From an uncultured Terriglobus sp. (lineage in GTDB: Bacteria > Acidobacteriota > Terriglobia > Terriglobales > Acidobacteriaceae), in contig CAXUEG010000007.1 in NCBI GenBank assembly GCA_964249935.1, forward strand, positions 1-32,352: a stretch of DNA of 32,352 nucleotides. Reading direction: 5' to 3'. The notes under the pieces are model-generated. The model made no database searches, was not told the DNA's origin, and worked only from the letters and a program-made list of their open reading frames with translations. Positions 8,564 through 18,196 of this stretch are shown here, one piece after another. Made by a program: the position numbers and the translations under genes. Each line of letters opens with the position of its first letter. The first letter of the stretch is position 1.

Positions 8564-10483
8564 ATGCAGCCAGAGGAGCAAAGAATGACCGACGCGCGGG
8601 TCGACAGGCGAATGGACGGACGCGATGCAGGGCGCAACCACGCCCAGGACGGTGTACGCGACGCTGGTCGCGACGGGCTGCAGTTGCGGTCAGTGAACTG
8701 GGAACACGGCATGCTGCTGACGCCGGATCATTTCCTACGGCAGGAGCAGTACCTGGAAGCGCTGAACGGATGGACCATGCGCTTTCTCCTGCAAGGCAGC
8801 GGCCTGGTAGGTGGCGGCGTGCGCCTCGCCGAAGCCGATCTGGGAACCGTGCGCTTCGATCCGGAGGTTTCGCTGAACGAGACCGCGGAATCCCTGGATG
8901 TGTCGGTCGACCGAGCGCGCGGCGTGACGCCTTCGGGCGCGGTGGTCGATGTGGAGAGCGCGGGCACGGTTTCCGTGCGCTATGGACGCGATGAGCTGGC
9001 CGGCGTGTCCGAGGCGCTCATCTATGTTGTTGTCGACCTTGGAAGCAAGGAAAAGCGGAATGGCGTGGTGGACGACTTCAACCCGCAGATGCGCACGGAG
9101 CGTGTGCCCAGCTACCGCGTTGCGCTGCAGGTGACGGCGACGGAACGCGCGCACAGCATCGTGGTGGGGCGGCTGCGCCGTCCGGCCGCGGGCATGGCCT
9201 TTGAGGCAGATCCGCAGTTCATTCCCGCCTCAATGACCGTGGCGGCACATTCGGAGCTGATGGCCGGCACCAGGCGCATCCTGGACGCGACCAACCGCCT
9301 GGCCGCCGGTTACGCCGAGCTGCACCGCGCCATGCGCGAGTTCATGGTGATCTTCACCGAGCGCGGCCTGGAAACGGAGGTCGATCGCGACAGCATGGTC
9401 TTCGCCGAGCGGATGGTATTGGAGCTGCAGGACACCGCGTATGCCCTGCTGGATCGGACGCAGCCACCGCAGCACTTCTTCGCGCGTGTGCGCCGCATGC
9501 TGCACTCGGCTGCCATCTACTTCGACCTGGCAGAAGGTATGCAGCAGTACTATGACACGCTGCGCGAGACCGGCGAGAGCGAGCTGGTCGGCTTGATTGA
9601 AGTGCAGAAGCACATGTTGCAGGTGGGCCGAACCCTGCAGCTGGATGAGGACCTTGGCCTGGAGGTGCGCAAGGCGCTGCAGTCGCTGAGCGGACTGGAG
9701 CGGCTGGAACGCGCGCTCGAGGGCAAGTACATCGATTTCCGCAAGAGCGCGTCGCTCGAGAGCACGAACTTTATCTTCGACCGTGGCGGCAAACAGCTGT
9801 ATCGCCTGGCGGCGCGGGCTTCGCGCGTGCAGGGCGTGGCGGATGAGATGACTGTTTTCTTTTCGAACCTGCGGCTGGAAGGCCGCGACCGTTACCGTCT
9901 CATCCTGGTTGGCGAGCGATCGACGCCATGGCTGCGCGGCACGTCGATCGGTGCGGAGGTGCGCATCAATGAGGGTTCCGGCTTCCGCCGGGAAAGTTAC
10001 ATCCTGACCGGGGATGTGAAGCTGGATGAGCAGTACAACATCGAACTCGACTTTGAAGCGCCGGACGTGCCGACGATCACGGATGTGCGCGTCACAGTAC
10101 CGGCGTACCACACGGTGCGTACGGCGCTCTTGTTTCAGCGTCATCGCTTCTACAGCGGTGTGCGAACGGAAACGCCGGAGGCGCGCACGATCGATCGTGA
10201 AAGCAGTGCGGGGCCAGCGGTTTCCGAACCGGCACGCGGTGGAGCCTCTACGCGAGCAGGCAACTACCCGGAGCCGCCGCGCGGCTTTGGCACTCCATCA
10301 CAGGTTCCGGACTCGCGGCCGGCAGTGCAGGACAGTGGTCCGCGCCGCAGCACGTTTGTGCCCGACGACCGTACCGGCGCACCGCCTGCCGCGACCTCGC
10401 AGCCCGCTTGGATGCCCCGCGAGGGTGGAGCACCCGCAGACCACCAAGACCCGAACCGCCCACGCCGTCGCAGGCTGGAGTAA
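8564..10483 (+). CDS. tssK: Baseplate TssK-like protein with C-terminal extension
   Basis: VNWEHGMLLTPDHFLRQEQY is the TssK N-terminal signature; also ARGVTPSG and DPQFIPAS. Start is 8564 or 8585. P/R/A-rich disordered tail. Confidence 0.75.
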   Translation: MQPEEQRMTDARVDRRMDGRDAGRNHAQDGVRDAGRDGLQLRSVNWEHGMLLTPDHFLRQEQYLEALNGWTMRFLLQGSGLVGGGVRLAEADLGTVRFDPEVSLNETAESLDVSVDRARGVTPSGAVVDVESAGTVSVRYGRDELAGVSEALIYVVVDLGSKEKRNGVVDDFNPQMRTERVPSYRVALQVTATERAHSIVVGRLRRPAAGMAFEADPQFIPASMTVAAHSELMAGTRRILDATNRLAAGYAELHRAMREFMVIFTERGLETEVDRDSMVFAERMVLELQDTAYALLDRTQPPQHFFARVRRMLHSAAIYFDLAEGMQQYYDTLRETGESELVGLIEVQKHMLQVGRTLQLDEDLGLEVRKALQSLSGLERLERALEGKYIDFRKSASLESTNFIFDRGGKQLYRLAARASRVQGVADEMTVFFSNLRLEGRDRYRLILVGERSTPWLRGTSIGAEVRINEGSGFRRESYILTGDVKLDEQYNIELDFEAPDVPTITDVRVTVPAYHTVRTALLFQRHRFYSGVRTETPEARTIDRESSAGPAVSEPARGGASTRAGNYPEPPRGFGTPSQVPDSRPAVQDSGPRRSTFVPDDRTGAPPAATSQPAWMPREGGAPADHQDPNRPRRRRLE

Positions 10484-10499
10484 CTCCGAAGAGAGACCG

Positions 10500-13280
10500 A
10501 TGGCACTGGACCTGAGCAAACTTTCCGACGAGATGGAGTCCGCGCTGGCGAACGCGCGGCTGCTGGCTGAAGGCAAGCGGCAGGCGCTGATCCAGCCGGA
10601 GCACCTCCTCCTGCTTTTGCTGGACGGCGATGCGAGTTCGCTGCGGCCTGCGTTGGAGCGCAAAGGTGTGGTGTTTCCGCCGCTGCTGGATCAGCTTGCG
10701 CGGCGCGCGGACCAGCTTTCGGCACAGCGGCTCGAGGACGGACGCCGCCCGCTCGCGTCGCAGTCACTGCGCACGGTGCTGGCCGAAGCGTTCGACCTGG
10801 CCGCGCAGCACGGCCGGCCTTCCGCCGAGCCGGTAGATGTGCTGGAGGCGGCTTTGACCGGGTCGCAGGCCTGGAACGGGGATTTGCGCAAGGACTTCCG
10901 TAAGGCGGGTTTTACCGTAGAAGACCTGGAGCAGCCGGTAGCTGCATCCCCCGTGCAAACGGGCGCACCTGCCCCTGCCAGGCCGGATGCGTCCACGGAC
11001 GGCGACCTGGCCAGCGGAGCCAGAATGCTGGACCGCTTCGGCCGCGACCTGACCGCTGCCGCGGCAGCAGGCGATCTGATGCCCGTGGTCGGGCGCGATG
11101 ACGAGGTCCGTCAGCTTATCCAGACGCTGCTGCGCAAGACCAAGTCGAACCCCGTGCTGGTCGGCGATCCCGGCACCGGCAAGACCGCGATCGTGGAAGG
11201 CTTGGCGCAGCGCATCGCCGCGCAGGACGTGCCGGAAAGCCTGAAGCGCTGCCGCGTGATCGCGCTGGACCTGATGGGCCTGGTCGCGGGCGCCAAATAC
11301 CGGGGCGAGTTTGAGGAGCGGCTCAAAGCCGTGGTCGACGAGGTTCGCCTGCGCAAGGGCGAAATCATCCTCTTTCTGGACGAAATCCATCAGCTGGTCG
11401 GCGCTGGCGGGACGGAAGGCGGCATGGACGCCGCCAACATCCTGAAGCCGGCACTGGCGCGCGGCGAGCTGCGCTGCGTGGGCGCCACCACCTTCGACGA
11501 GTACCGCGAGCGCATCGAGAAAGACGGTGCGCTGGCACGCCGCTTTGAGCGTGTGCAGGTGGGCGAGCCGTCAGACGACGCAATGCTCTACATTTTGCGC
11601 GGCATCCGCGAGCGCTACGTCGCGTATCACGGCGTGGAGCTCTCCGATGAAGCGCTGGTGGCGGCCGTAAAGCTGTCGCGGCGTTACATGCGCGACCGCT
11701 TTCTGCCGGACAAGGCGATCGACGTGATCGATGCCGCTACCGCTCGGCTCCGCATGCAGCTGGAATCGCGGCCGACGGCGCTCGACCAGCAGGAGCGTCG
11801 CCTGACGCAGCGGCGTGCCGAATTGGAGGTGCTTAGCGGGTTGCCAAAGCCGACCGCGGCGCAATCCAGGCAGGTTGCGGCGCTGCAGGCGGAATTGGCC
11901 GAACTGGAGCCGCGCGTCGCCGCGGATGCCGAGTTATGGGAGCAGCAGCGCGCCGCCCGCGCGGACCTGGCGCGCACCGCGAGCGCGATCGAGGAAAACA
12001 CCCGCCTGCTGCATGCCGCCGAGGGCGCGGGCGATGTTACCCGCGCCGCGGAAATCCGCTACAGCTCGCTGCAGCACCTGGAGGCGCAGCGCGCCGACCT
12101 GGAGGCGAAGCTGGCCAGCCTGCGCGAGAGCGCGGCAGGTTCCGTGCTGATCGCGGACCGCGTCGGACCCGAACACATTGCGGAGGTGATCGCCGAGCGC
12201 TCGGGCGTGCCCGCCTCCCGCATGCTGGAAAGTGAACGCGAGCGTCTGCTTGGCCTGGAAGACCGGCTGGGCGAACGCGTGTACGGTCAACCGGAAGCCG
12301 TGCATGCCGTATCCGAGGCCGCGCGCCGGATGCGCACGGACCTGCAGCTGAAACGCTCGCCGGCGTCGTTCCTGTTCGTCGGACCGACAGGCGTCGGCAA
12401 GACGGAGCTGGCAAAAGCGTTGGCCGAGGCGCTGTTTGACGAAGAGACCGCGCTCATCCGCATCGATATGGGCGAATACAAGGACCCGTCTTCCGCCGCC
12501 GGCCTGATTGGGTCGCGACCGGGCCTGGTCGGATCAGACGAGGGTGGCTTCCTCACCGAACAGGTTCGACGCTCACCATACTCGATCGTCTTGTTCGATG
12601 AAGTTGAGAAGGGGCATCCGTCGATCCTGGATTTGTTGCTCGGCGTGTTGGACGAGGGACGGCTCACCGACGCCAAGGGCCGCTTCTGCGACTTCACCAA
12701 CACCGTGGTGCTCTTTACCTCAAACCTTGGCGTGCGCGAGTCGATGGCAGCGGGCGATGACGACGCTCTGCGCGAATCGATCCTCCTGGACGCAGTTCGC
12801 GCCAATCTACGGCCTGAACTCTACAACCGCATCGGGCAGGTGATTCCGTTCCATCCGCTGGGCATGCCGGAGCTGCGCCGCATTGTGGAGACGCACTTGC
12901 GCGGTCTGCGCCGCAAGCTGGAAGACGATCGCGACCTTCACCTCGACGTGACGGATGCCGCTGCGGACCTGCTCGCGATGCTTTCCTACGATCCCGAGTA
13001 TGGCGCCCGGCCCGCGACCCGCGTGATGCAGCGCGAGGTGCTTGCGCCGCTGGCGGAGATCCTGCTTTCTGGGGATGCGACGCCGGGCAGCACCGTCCAG
13101 ATCGACGCAACCCCAGAGCTTGACCCATCGCCCGGTAACCCGGAAGCAGATTCGGACGGCTCCGCCGTCGAGCCTGCCCCGCGCGAACTGATCTTCTCCA
13201 TTATGGAGGGGACCAGTCCCGATTCGGCGCAGGCACACCCGGGTACAGCAGCCAGCGTTGAACCCGCGGAGGTCGCATGA
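10500..13280 (+). CDS. tssH: ClpB/ClpV-family AAA+ ATPase (TssH role by context)
   Basis: True start is likely ATG 10500 (MALDLSKLS), just after the tssK stop. Clp N-domain ([11 protein letters not shown]), Walker A GDPGTGKT and GPTGVGKT, Walker B LFLDEIH and [17 protein letters not shown], ClpB-type middle coiled coil ([11 protein letters not shown]), YGARP. Confidence 0.9.
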   Translation: MALDLSKLSDEMESALANARLLAEGKRQALIQPEHLLLLLLDGDASSLRPALERKGVVFPPLLDQLARRADQLSAQRLEDGRRPLASQSLRTVLAEAFDLAAQHGRPSAEPVDVLEAALTGSQAWNGDLRKDFRKAGFTVEDLEQPVAASPVQTGAPAPARPDASTDGDLASGARMLDRFGRDLTAAAAAGDLMPVVGRDDEVRQLIQTLLRKTKSNPVLVGDPGTGKTAIVEGLAQRIAAQDVPESLKRCRVIALDLMGLVAGAKYRGEFEERLKAVVDEVRLRKGEIILFLDEIHQLVGAGGTEGGMDAANILKPALARGELRCVGATTFDEYRERIEKDGALARRFERVQVGEPSDDAMLYILRGIRERYVAYHGVELSDEALVAAVKLSRRYMRDRFLPDKAIDVIDAATARLRMQLESRPTALDQQERRLTQRRAELEVLSGLPKPTAAQSRQVAALQAELAELEPRVAADAELWEQQRAARADLARTASAIEENTRLLHAAEGAGDVTRAAEIRYSSLQHLEAQRADLEAKLASLRESAAGSVLIADRVGPEHIAEVIAERSGVPASRMLESERERLLGLEDRLGERVYGQPEAVHAVSEAARRMRTDLQLKRSPASFLFVGPTGVGKTELAKALAEALFDEETALIRIDMGEYKDPSSAAGLIGSRPGLVGSDEGGFLTEQVRRSPYSIVLFDEVEKGHPSILDLLLGVLDEGRLTDAKGRFCDFTNTVVLFTSNLGVRESMAAGDDDALRESILLDAVRANLRPELYNRIGQVIPFHPLGMPELRRIVETHLRGLRRKLEDDRDLHLDVTDAAADLLAMLSYDPEYGARPATRVMQREVLAPLAEILLSGDATPGSTVQIDATPELDPSPGNPEADSDGSAVEPAPRELIFSIMEGTSPDSAQAHPGTAASVEPAEVA

Positions 13281-15430
13281 AAAACGTTCCTCACCGCGCG
13301 CACGGGAACATCATTGGCTCACCCGTCCAGCTTGTTGTGGCCGCCGCCCTGGTTCTCGGCTGCGCAACCCCGGTCTTGGCTCAGGCGCCGCTCTCGCTGT
13401 TCAACGGAACGTCGCTGCTGGGCTGGAACAATCAGGGTTCGTGGAGTGCCTCCGCCGGGGCTCTAACGACGAGCGGCGCAGGAAGCCGTCATCTGCTCAC
13501 GGCCGTGCCGTTTGGCGACTTCGACCTGGAGTTCGAGTACACCGAAAATGGAGCTCCGGGAGCGGAGCTTCGCCTGTGGGCTTCCAAGGAAAACACCGGT
13601 GGTCTGAGCATCGATCTGGACTTTAACGGCGCCAAGAATGGCGTTGGCGGCATCCAGACGCTCGGCAAATCTTCGCTGGCGACCATCTCCGGCGGATGGC
13701 ACAAGGTGCAGGTAGACGTTTCACATGGCCATGTGAGTGTTCGCGTCGACGGCCAACCGGCGGGCAGCACCTCTTCCGATCTGGGAGCTCGTGCCGGGTA
13801 TCTTGGGTTTGAGGCGACCAGCGACGGCCAGCTGACCGTGCGCAACCTGCACCTGAAGCCGCTAAACCTGAACAGCACCTTCAACGGCACGGACCTGGGA
13901 GGGTGGAAGAGTGTGCCGCGGCCGCCGGAGTCGAAAGGCGGCATGGGTCACGATGCCGCGAGGGTGTTCAGCCTGGGCGCAGCAGGCGGATCGACAAAGC
14001 CGCATGATGCGAAATGGACGGTGAAGGGCGGCGCAATACACGGCGAATCCGGCCCTGGCGCGCTTGAGAACTCGACACCTCTGGAAGATGGGATCGTCCA
14101 GATCACGGCTGCCGTGCACGGAGACGTAAAGCCCGACAATCTCACTTCGCTGTCCTTGCGAAATCCCTCCGGGCAGTTTGCAACCGGTTACCACATCGGC
14201 ATCGGCCCGTACGCGGGCACGGTGCAGCCGCTGAACAAAGGGGGCTTCGGCAAAGCCAGCACTGCAGTGGATCAGACCGTGGCCATCGGTGGGCGTGTGA
14301 TTGAGACATGGATCAACGGCAACATCACCAGCGTCGTTACCGATCCCCGCCCAGAAAGTGCCAGCGCACAGAGCGGTGCACGCAGCCAGGGCGGCACGGT
14401 CATGCTGCTGCTGCCCAACGACCATCCGAGCGTCGACGTTTCCCGCGTCAGTCTAATCTCACTCGGCAAGCCGTACGGAGCCTCCCCAAAGGCGCCGGCA
14501 GCTCCCGTTGTTGCCACCGCACCTGTGGTGCCGCCTCCGCCGCAGCCCACGAACACAGGCGACAGCGCCGCAGCGGAGGCACTGAAGCGCCAAGCGGACG
14601 ATCAGGCCAAAAAGGAAGCGGAAGACCAGCGCAAGAAGGATCAGGTCTCCTCGCTGATGACCCAGGCGCTTGGATCGAGCGATCCGCAGCAGCAGAAAGA
14701 TCTTTACGAGCAGGTGATGCGCCTTGACCCGGCGAACCCGAACGCGATGGCAGGCTTCAGGGAAGCGCAAGGCAAGCTGCAGGAGAAGGCGAATGCAGAT
14801 GCACAGGTGGTAAAGGGTGAGGACACCCAGCGCGCCAATGAGGAGCAGGCAAACGCTTCCCTGGTGAAGGCGCAGAGCGCATTTCTGGGCGGCCACCTGT
14901 CTGAGGCAAGTGGCGCGTTATCGGTCGCGGAACGCCTGATGCCGGGCAATCCAGTGGCGCGTGAGCTTCGGTCCCGCATCGGCGCCGCGCAGTCGCAACG
15001 GTCCAGGCTGCTGATGCTCGGCAGCGGCGTGGGCGTTCTTTCCCTGCTTGCCGCGCTCTCGTTGTGGCTGCGCCGCCGCCGCCTGCAACGTTTCCCCGTG
15101 CTGGAAGTGACCAGCGGCATCGATGCGGGTCGCAGCTTCCGCATCGACAAAGACCAGACCCGGATCGGGGCGGTGCCGCAGGACGGCGGTCAGAAAAACG
15201 ACATCGTCGTGCGCGACGTGGAACACGCCGTCTCCCGTTTTCACTGTGAAATCGTGCGGCGCAACGGGCAGCTCTACGTACAGGATCTGAACAGCTCCAA
15301 TGGCACCCGCGTGGACGGCGAACGCTTGAAGCCGGGCAGCGCCGCTCTGCTGCGTCGCGGAACCCGCATCGAGATGGCAGGCACGGTCGAACTGCGATTC
15401 GGCTATGACAAGGGCAAGAAGACGGCCTAG
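13277..15430 (+). CDS. Exported tandem DUF1080-like domains + helical/TPR-like region + TM + cytoplasmic FHA domain protein
   Basis: Signal peptide (VVAAALVLGCATPVLA-Q). LFNGTSLLGW and TFNGTDLGGW are DUF1080 start motifs; also FGDFDLEFEY and GWHKVQV. Pro-rich linker, YEQVMRLDPANPNA (TPR-like), TM then RRRR, and FHA motifs VSRFHC and DLNSSNGT. ATGA overlap with the ATPase gene. Confidence 0.8.
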   Translation: MKNVPHRAHGNIIGSPVQLVVAAALVLGCATPVLAQAPLSLFNGTSLLGWNNQGSWSASAGALTTSGAGSRHLLTAVPFGDFDLEFEYTENGAPGAELRLWASKENTGGLSIDLDFNGAKNGVGGIQTLGKSSLATISGGWHKVQVDVSHGHVSVRVDGQPAGSTSSDLGARAGYLGFEATSDGQLTVRNLHLKPLNLNSTFNGTDLGGWKSVPRPPESKGGMGHDAARVFSLGAAGGSTKPHDAKWTVKGGAIHGESGPGALENSTPLEDGIVQITAAVHGDVKPDNLTSLSLRNPSGQFATGYHIGIGPYAGTVQPLNKGGFGKASTAVDQTVAIGGRVIETWINGNITSVVTDPRPESASAQSGARSQGGTVMLLLPNDHPSVDVSRVSLISLGKPYGASPKAPAAPVVATAPVVPPPPQPTNTGDSAAAEALKRQADDQAKKEAEDQRKKDQVSSLMTQALGSSDPQQQKDLYEQVMRLDPANPNAMAGFREAQGKLQEKANADAQVVKGEDTQRANEEQANASLVKAQSAFLGGHLSEASGALSVAERLMPGNPVARELRSRIGAAQSQRSRLLMLGSGVGVLSLLAALSLWLRRRRLQRFPVLEVTSGIDAGRSFRIDKDQTRIGAVPQDGGQKNDIVVRDVEHAVSRFHCEIVRRNGQLYVQDLNSSNGTRVDGERLKPGSAALLRRGTRIEMAGTVELRFGYDKGKKTA

Positions 15431-15450
15431 CGCCGCGCAGGCAGGGGTAC

Positions 15451-16176
15451 ATGGAAATCCGCATCCGAGCCGCGGCGCTGAGCGACGTGGGCAGGCAGCG
15501 CCGAATCAATGAAGACAGCTTCGGCTTCGATCTGGACCGCGGCCTGTTTGTCATCTGCGACGGCGTGGGCGGGCGCGCCGCAGGCGAGGTGGCCAGCCGC
15601 TCCGCCGTCGATTGTGTGCTCAGCCGGTTTCCCTATGGTGCAGATGGCACTGGTGGCGGATCGGAACTGCAGCGCGCGATCCAGGCGGCAAACCGGTCCA
15701 TCTTCCAGGCCGCGCACCGTGAGCCGCTCTATGCCGGCATGGCGACCACCATTGTCGCCGCCCACTTCGACGGCTCCCGCATGTGGATCGCGCATGTGGG
15801 CGACAGCCGCGCCTACCTGTTGCGCGGCGGTTCGCTGCACCGGCTGACCGATGACGACTCACAGCTGAGCCAGATGCTGCGCGAAGGACGTCAGGACCTG
15901 TCGGCGGCTGAGATGGCCCGCATGGATAGCGTGCTCACCCAGGCGATCGGCGCGTCCGATATGGTGGTGCCGACCGTCACGGTGCTGCCCGTGGAACTCG
16001 GCGACTGTTTTCTGCTGGCGACGGATGGCATCTGCAAGACACTTTCGAACGCCGAGATGCTTTCCCTGCTGCTCGCCTCCTCAACGCCCGAGCAGGCCTG
16101 CCATCATCTGACGACCGCGGCCAATGGCGCTGGAGGGCACGACAATGCGAGCTGCATCATTGTGGAGATTGATTAG
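15451..16176 (+). CDS. PP2C/PPM-family Ser/Thr protein phosphatase
   Basis: Motifs SDVGRQRRINED, ICDGVGG, GMATT, AHVGDSRAY, LLATDG and GGHDN. Confidence 0.95.
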   Translation: MEIRIRAAALSDVGRQRRINEDSFGFDLDRGLFVICDGVGGRAAGEVASRSAVDCVLSRFPYGADGTGGGSELQRAIQAANRSIFQAAHREPLYAGMATTIVAAHFDGSRMWIAHVGDSRAYLLRGGSLHRLTDDDSQLSQMLREGRQDLSAAEMARMDSVLTQAIGASDMVVPTVTVLPVELGDCFLLATDGICKTLSNAEMLSLLLASSTPEQACHHLTTAANGAGGHDNASCIIVEID

Positions 16177-16341
16177 CCGAGCAGGCAGAGTAAAACGAAC
16201 AGGGCGCACCCGTTGATGAACACTGGAACAAGGAGTTGACTCAACACGGATGGCCGGAACGGCATCCCACCACTGCAGGCGTGAAGCGACGGAGATGGCC
16301 TAACCTGGCCGACAGTACCTGCCACACGCGAAAGAGGTTTT

Positions 16342-17907
16342 ATGGCGCTTCCACAGATGCAGATCGGCGACGGCACCCTGGGCGATGCGCTTCTGTCGTC
16401 CGTGGAGGTGACCCAGGAACTGAATGCGCACTGGTGGTGCACCATCGTCTGCCGCGACACCGAGGACCAGCGGGTTCCCGTGGAACAATTGCTTGGCCAG
16501 AGTGTCCAGGTCAAGACGCTGGACGACAGCGGGGTGGAGCACATCCACTTCTCAGGCACGGTACACGAAGTGGAGTTGGAATACGAAGTGTGGGGCAGCT
16601 ACACGGCAACGCTCATCGCGGTCAGCGACAGCTATGGCATGGACGTGACCGCCCACAAACAGTACTACGCCGAGAAGAGCCTTTCCGATGTGGCGGGAAC
16701 CATGGCTGGCCGTGACCAGCTTTCCATCAGCGTGAACGCCGCAGACGCCAAGCCGCTGAATTATGTGCAGTACGGAGAGACCGATTTTTCGTTCCTGCAC
16801 CGCATCGTGGACGACCATGGCGCCTGGATGCGGCCGTGTGAGGGCGGAGTAGAGATCTTCGACAGCTTTCAACCTGGCGCCGCTGTTCAGTGGCGTGATG
16901 AAGGCGGCCTGACCAGCTTTCGACTACGCGGGCAGCGCGTGAGTCCCAGCTTCTCCGGGTCGCATTACGACTTCCACGCGATGCAATCGAATACGTTTCA
17001 GCTTGTCAACAAGCCACCGCAGCTGTATGACGGCGGCTCGCAGCTGGCCGGTTCCGTGCAGAACGCCTCGCAGCAGCTGCCGTCGGGCTTTGAGCCCCAG
17101 CGCAGCCGCGCCATGACGTTGGGCGACTACAACGACCAGCTAGAAGCTGAAAGCGAGCGCTCCCTGGGCAGCGCGGTCAGCGGCTCGGGCACATCGCAGA
17201 ACCAGAACCTGAAGGCAGGCGACACGATCACCATCAATGGCACGCTGGATGGCAAGGGTACGTACGGCTTGACCCGTGTCACGCACCACTGGACGCCTCA
17301 GGGCTATAGCAACACGTTCGTGTGTACGCCCTGGATGCAGTACCGTAATCAAACACCTCCACCGAACCGCACCTGGCATGGTTTGGTGCCGGCGCGCGTG
17401 GTTGACCACAACGACCCCAAAAAGATGGGTCGCGTGAAGGTTCAGTTCTTTTGGCAGGAAGACGGCCCAACCCATTGGGCTCGCACCACCAGCCCCCATG
17501 CCGGCCCAGACCGCGGCTTCATGTTCATGCCCGAGGTTGGAGACGAGGTCGCGGTGGTGTTCGAGGATGGTGACCCCGAACGACCCGTCATCATCGGATC
17601 GCTCTGGAATGGCATGCATAACCAGTACCGGAACGACTTCCGCGGCGAAGACATCGCCACAAACGACGTAAAGCTGCTGATGACGAAAAGCGGCAATCGA
17701 ATCCATATTTCAGACAAGCCTGGCGTGGAAACGATTGTCATCGCTACACCGAATAACAACCGGCTCAAGATGACGGAACAGTCCGATCAGACCGGACGCA
17801 CCAACATCACCCTTGAATCGCTTACCGGAGACATCATCCTGCACGCGCCAAATGGCCGCGTGCACATTGAATCCAAGTTCTATTCCAAGGACATCGGCGA
17901 TGCCTGA
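16342..17907 (+). CDS. vgrG: VgrG-like spike hub protein (gp27-like + gp5 OB-fold, short C-terminal beta region)
   Basis: YVQYGETDFSFLHRI, ARVVDHNDPKKMGRVKVQFFW and GFMFMPEVGDEVAVVFEDGDPERPVIIGSLWNG. RBS GAGG upstream. Confidence 0.9.
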   Translation: MALPQMQIGDGTLGDALLSSVEVTQELNAHWWCTIVCRDTEDQRVPVEQLLGQSVQVKTLDDSGVEHIHFSGTVHEVELEYEVWGSYTATLIAVSDSYGMDVTAHKQYYAEKSLSDVAGTMAGRDQLSISVNAADAKPLNYVQYGETDFSFLHRIVDDHGAWMRPCEGGVEIFDSFQPGAAVQWRDEGGLTSFRLRGQRVSPSFSGSHYDFHAMQSNTFQLVNKPPQLYDGGSQLAGSVQNASQQLPSGFEPQRSRAMTLGDYNDQLEAESERSLGSAVSGSGTSQNQNLKAGDTITINGTLDGKGTYGLTRVTHHWTPQGYSNTFVCTPWMQYRNQTPPPNRTWHGLVPARVVDHNDPKKMGRVKVQFFWQEDGPTHWARTTSPHAGPDRGFMFMPEVGDEVAVVFEDGDPERPVIIGSLWNGMHNQYRNDFRGEDIATNDVKLLMTKSGNRIHISDKPGVETIVIATPNNNRLKMTEQSDQTGRTNITLESLTGDIILHAPNGRVHIESKFYSKDIGDA

Positions 17908-17974
17908 TAAGAACCTGGGGAAAATCCGTTGATGCATTCCGTTGTAAGGCAGAAAGCAGAGGGGAGTAAGTCCG

Positions 17975-18196
17975 ATGATGACCATGGCTTCTCAGGCGAC
18001 AACAGTCGGCCATCTCTTTCAAAGCGTCGCCGTTCTGTTCCTCCTCTTCACAACGGCAATATCGGGCCATGGGAAACAAGAGAAATGGCGGAAGAGACTT
18101 ATGCCTGACGGTACCGAAGCGCACGACACTGTGGGGGGCGAGTCGTCACATGATCTCACATATGCTCCTGACCCAAAGGTGACCTATGCCCTTTAG
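17975..18196 (+). CDS. Possible small hypothetical membrane protein
   Basis: RBS-like GGGGAG upstream, one hydrophobic stretch, 11-nt overlap with the next ORF. May be spurious. Confidence 0.25.
   Translation: MMTMASQATTVGHLFQSVAVLFLLFTTAISGHGKQEKWRKRLMPDGTEAHDTVGGESSHDLTYAPDPKVTYAL

Noticed and set aside
8618-8676. Short RDAGR peptide duplication at the TssK N-terminus
   Set aside because: Only two imperfect copies in a disordered leader, with no evidence of function.
10026-10499. 158-aa N-terminal extension of the Clp ATPase in the ORF track
   Set aside because: It overlaps tssK in another frame. Clp homology begins at ATG 10500, just after the tssK stop.
1912-17907. Prophage tail, tailocin or eCIS interpretation
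   Set aside because: There is no capsid, terminase, integrase, tape measure, lysis or tail-fibre gene. The split TssB/TssC sheath, TssK and Clp ATPase favour a T6SS.
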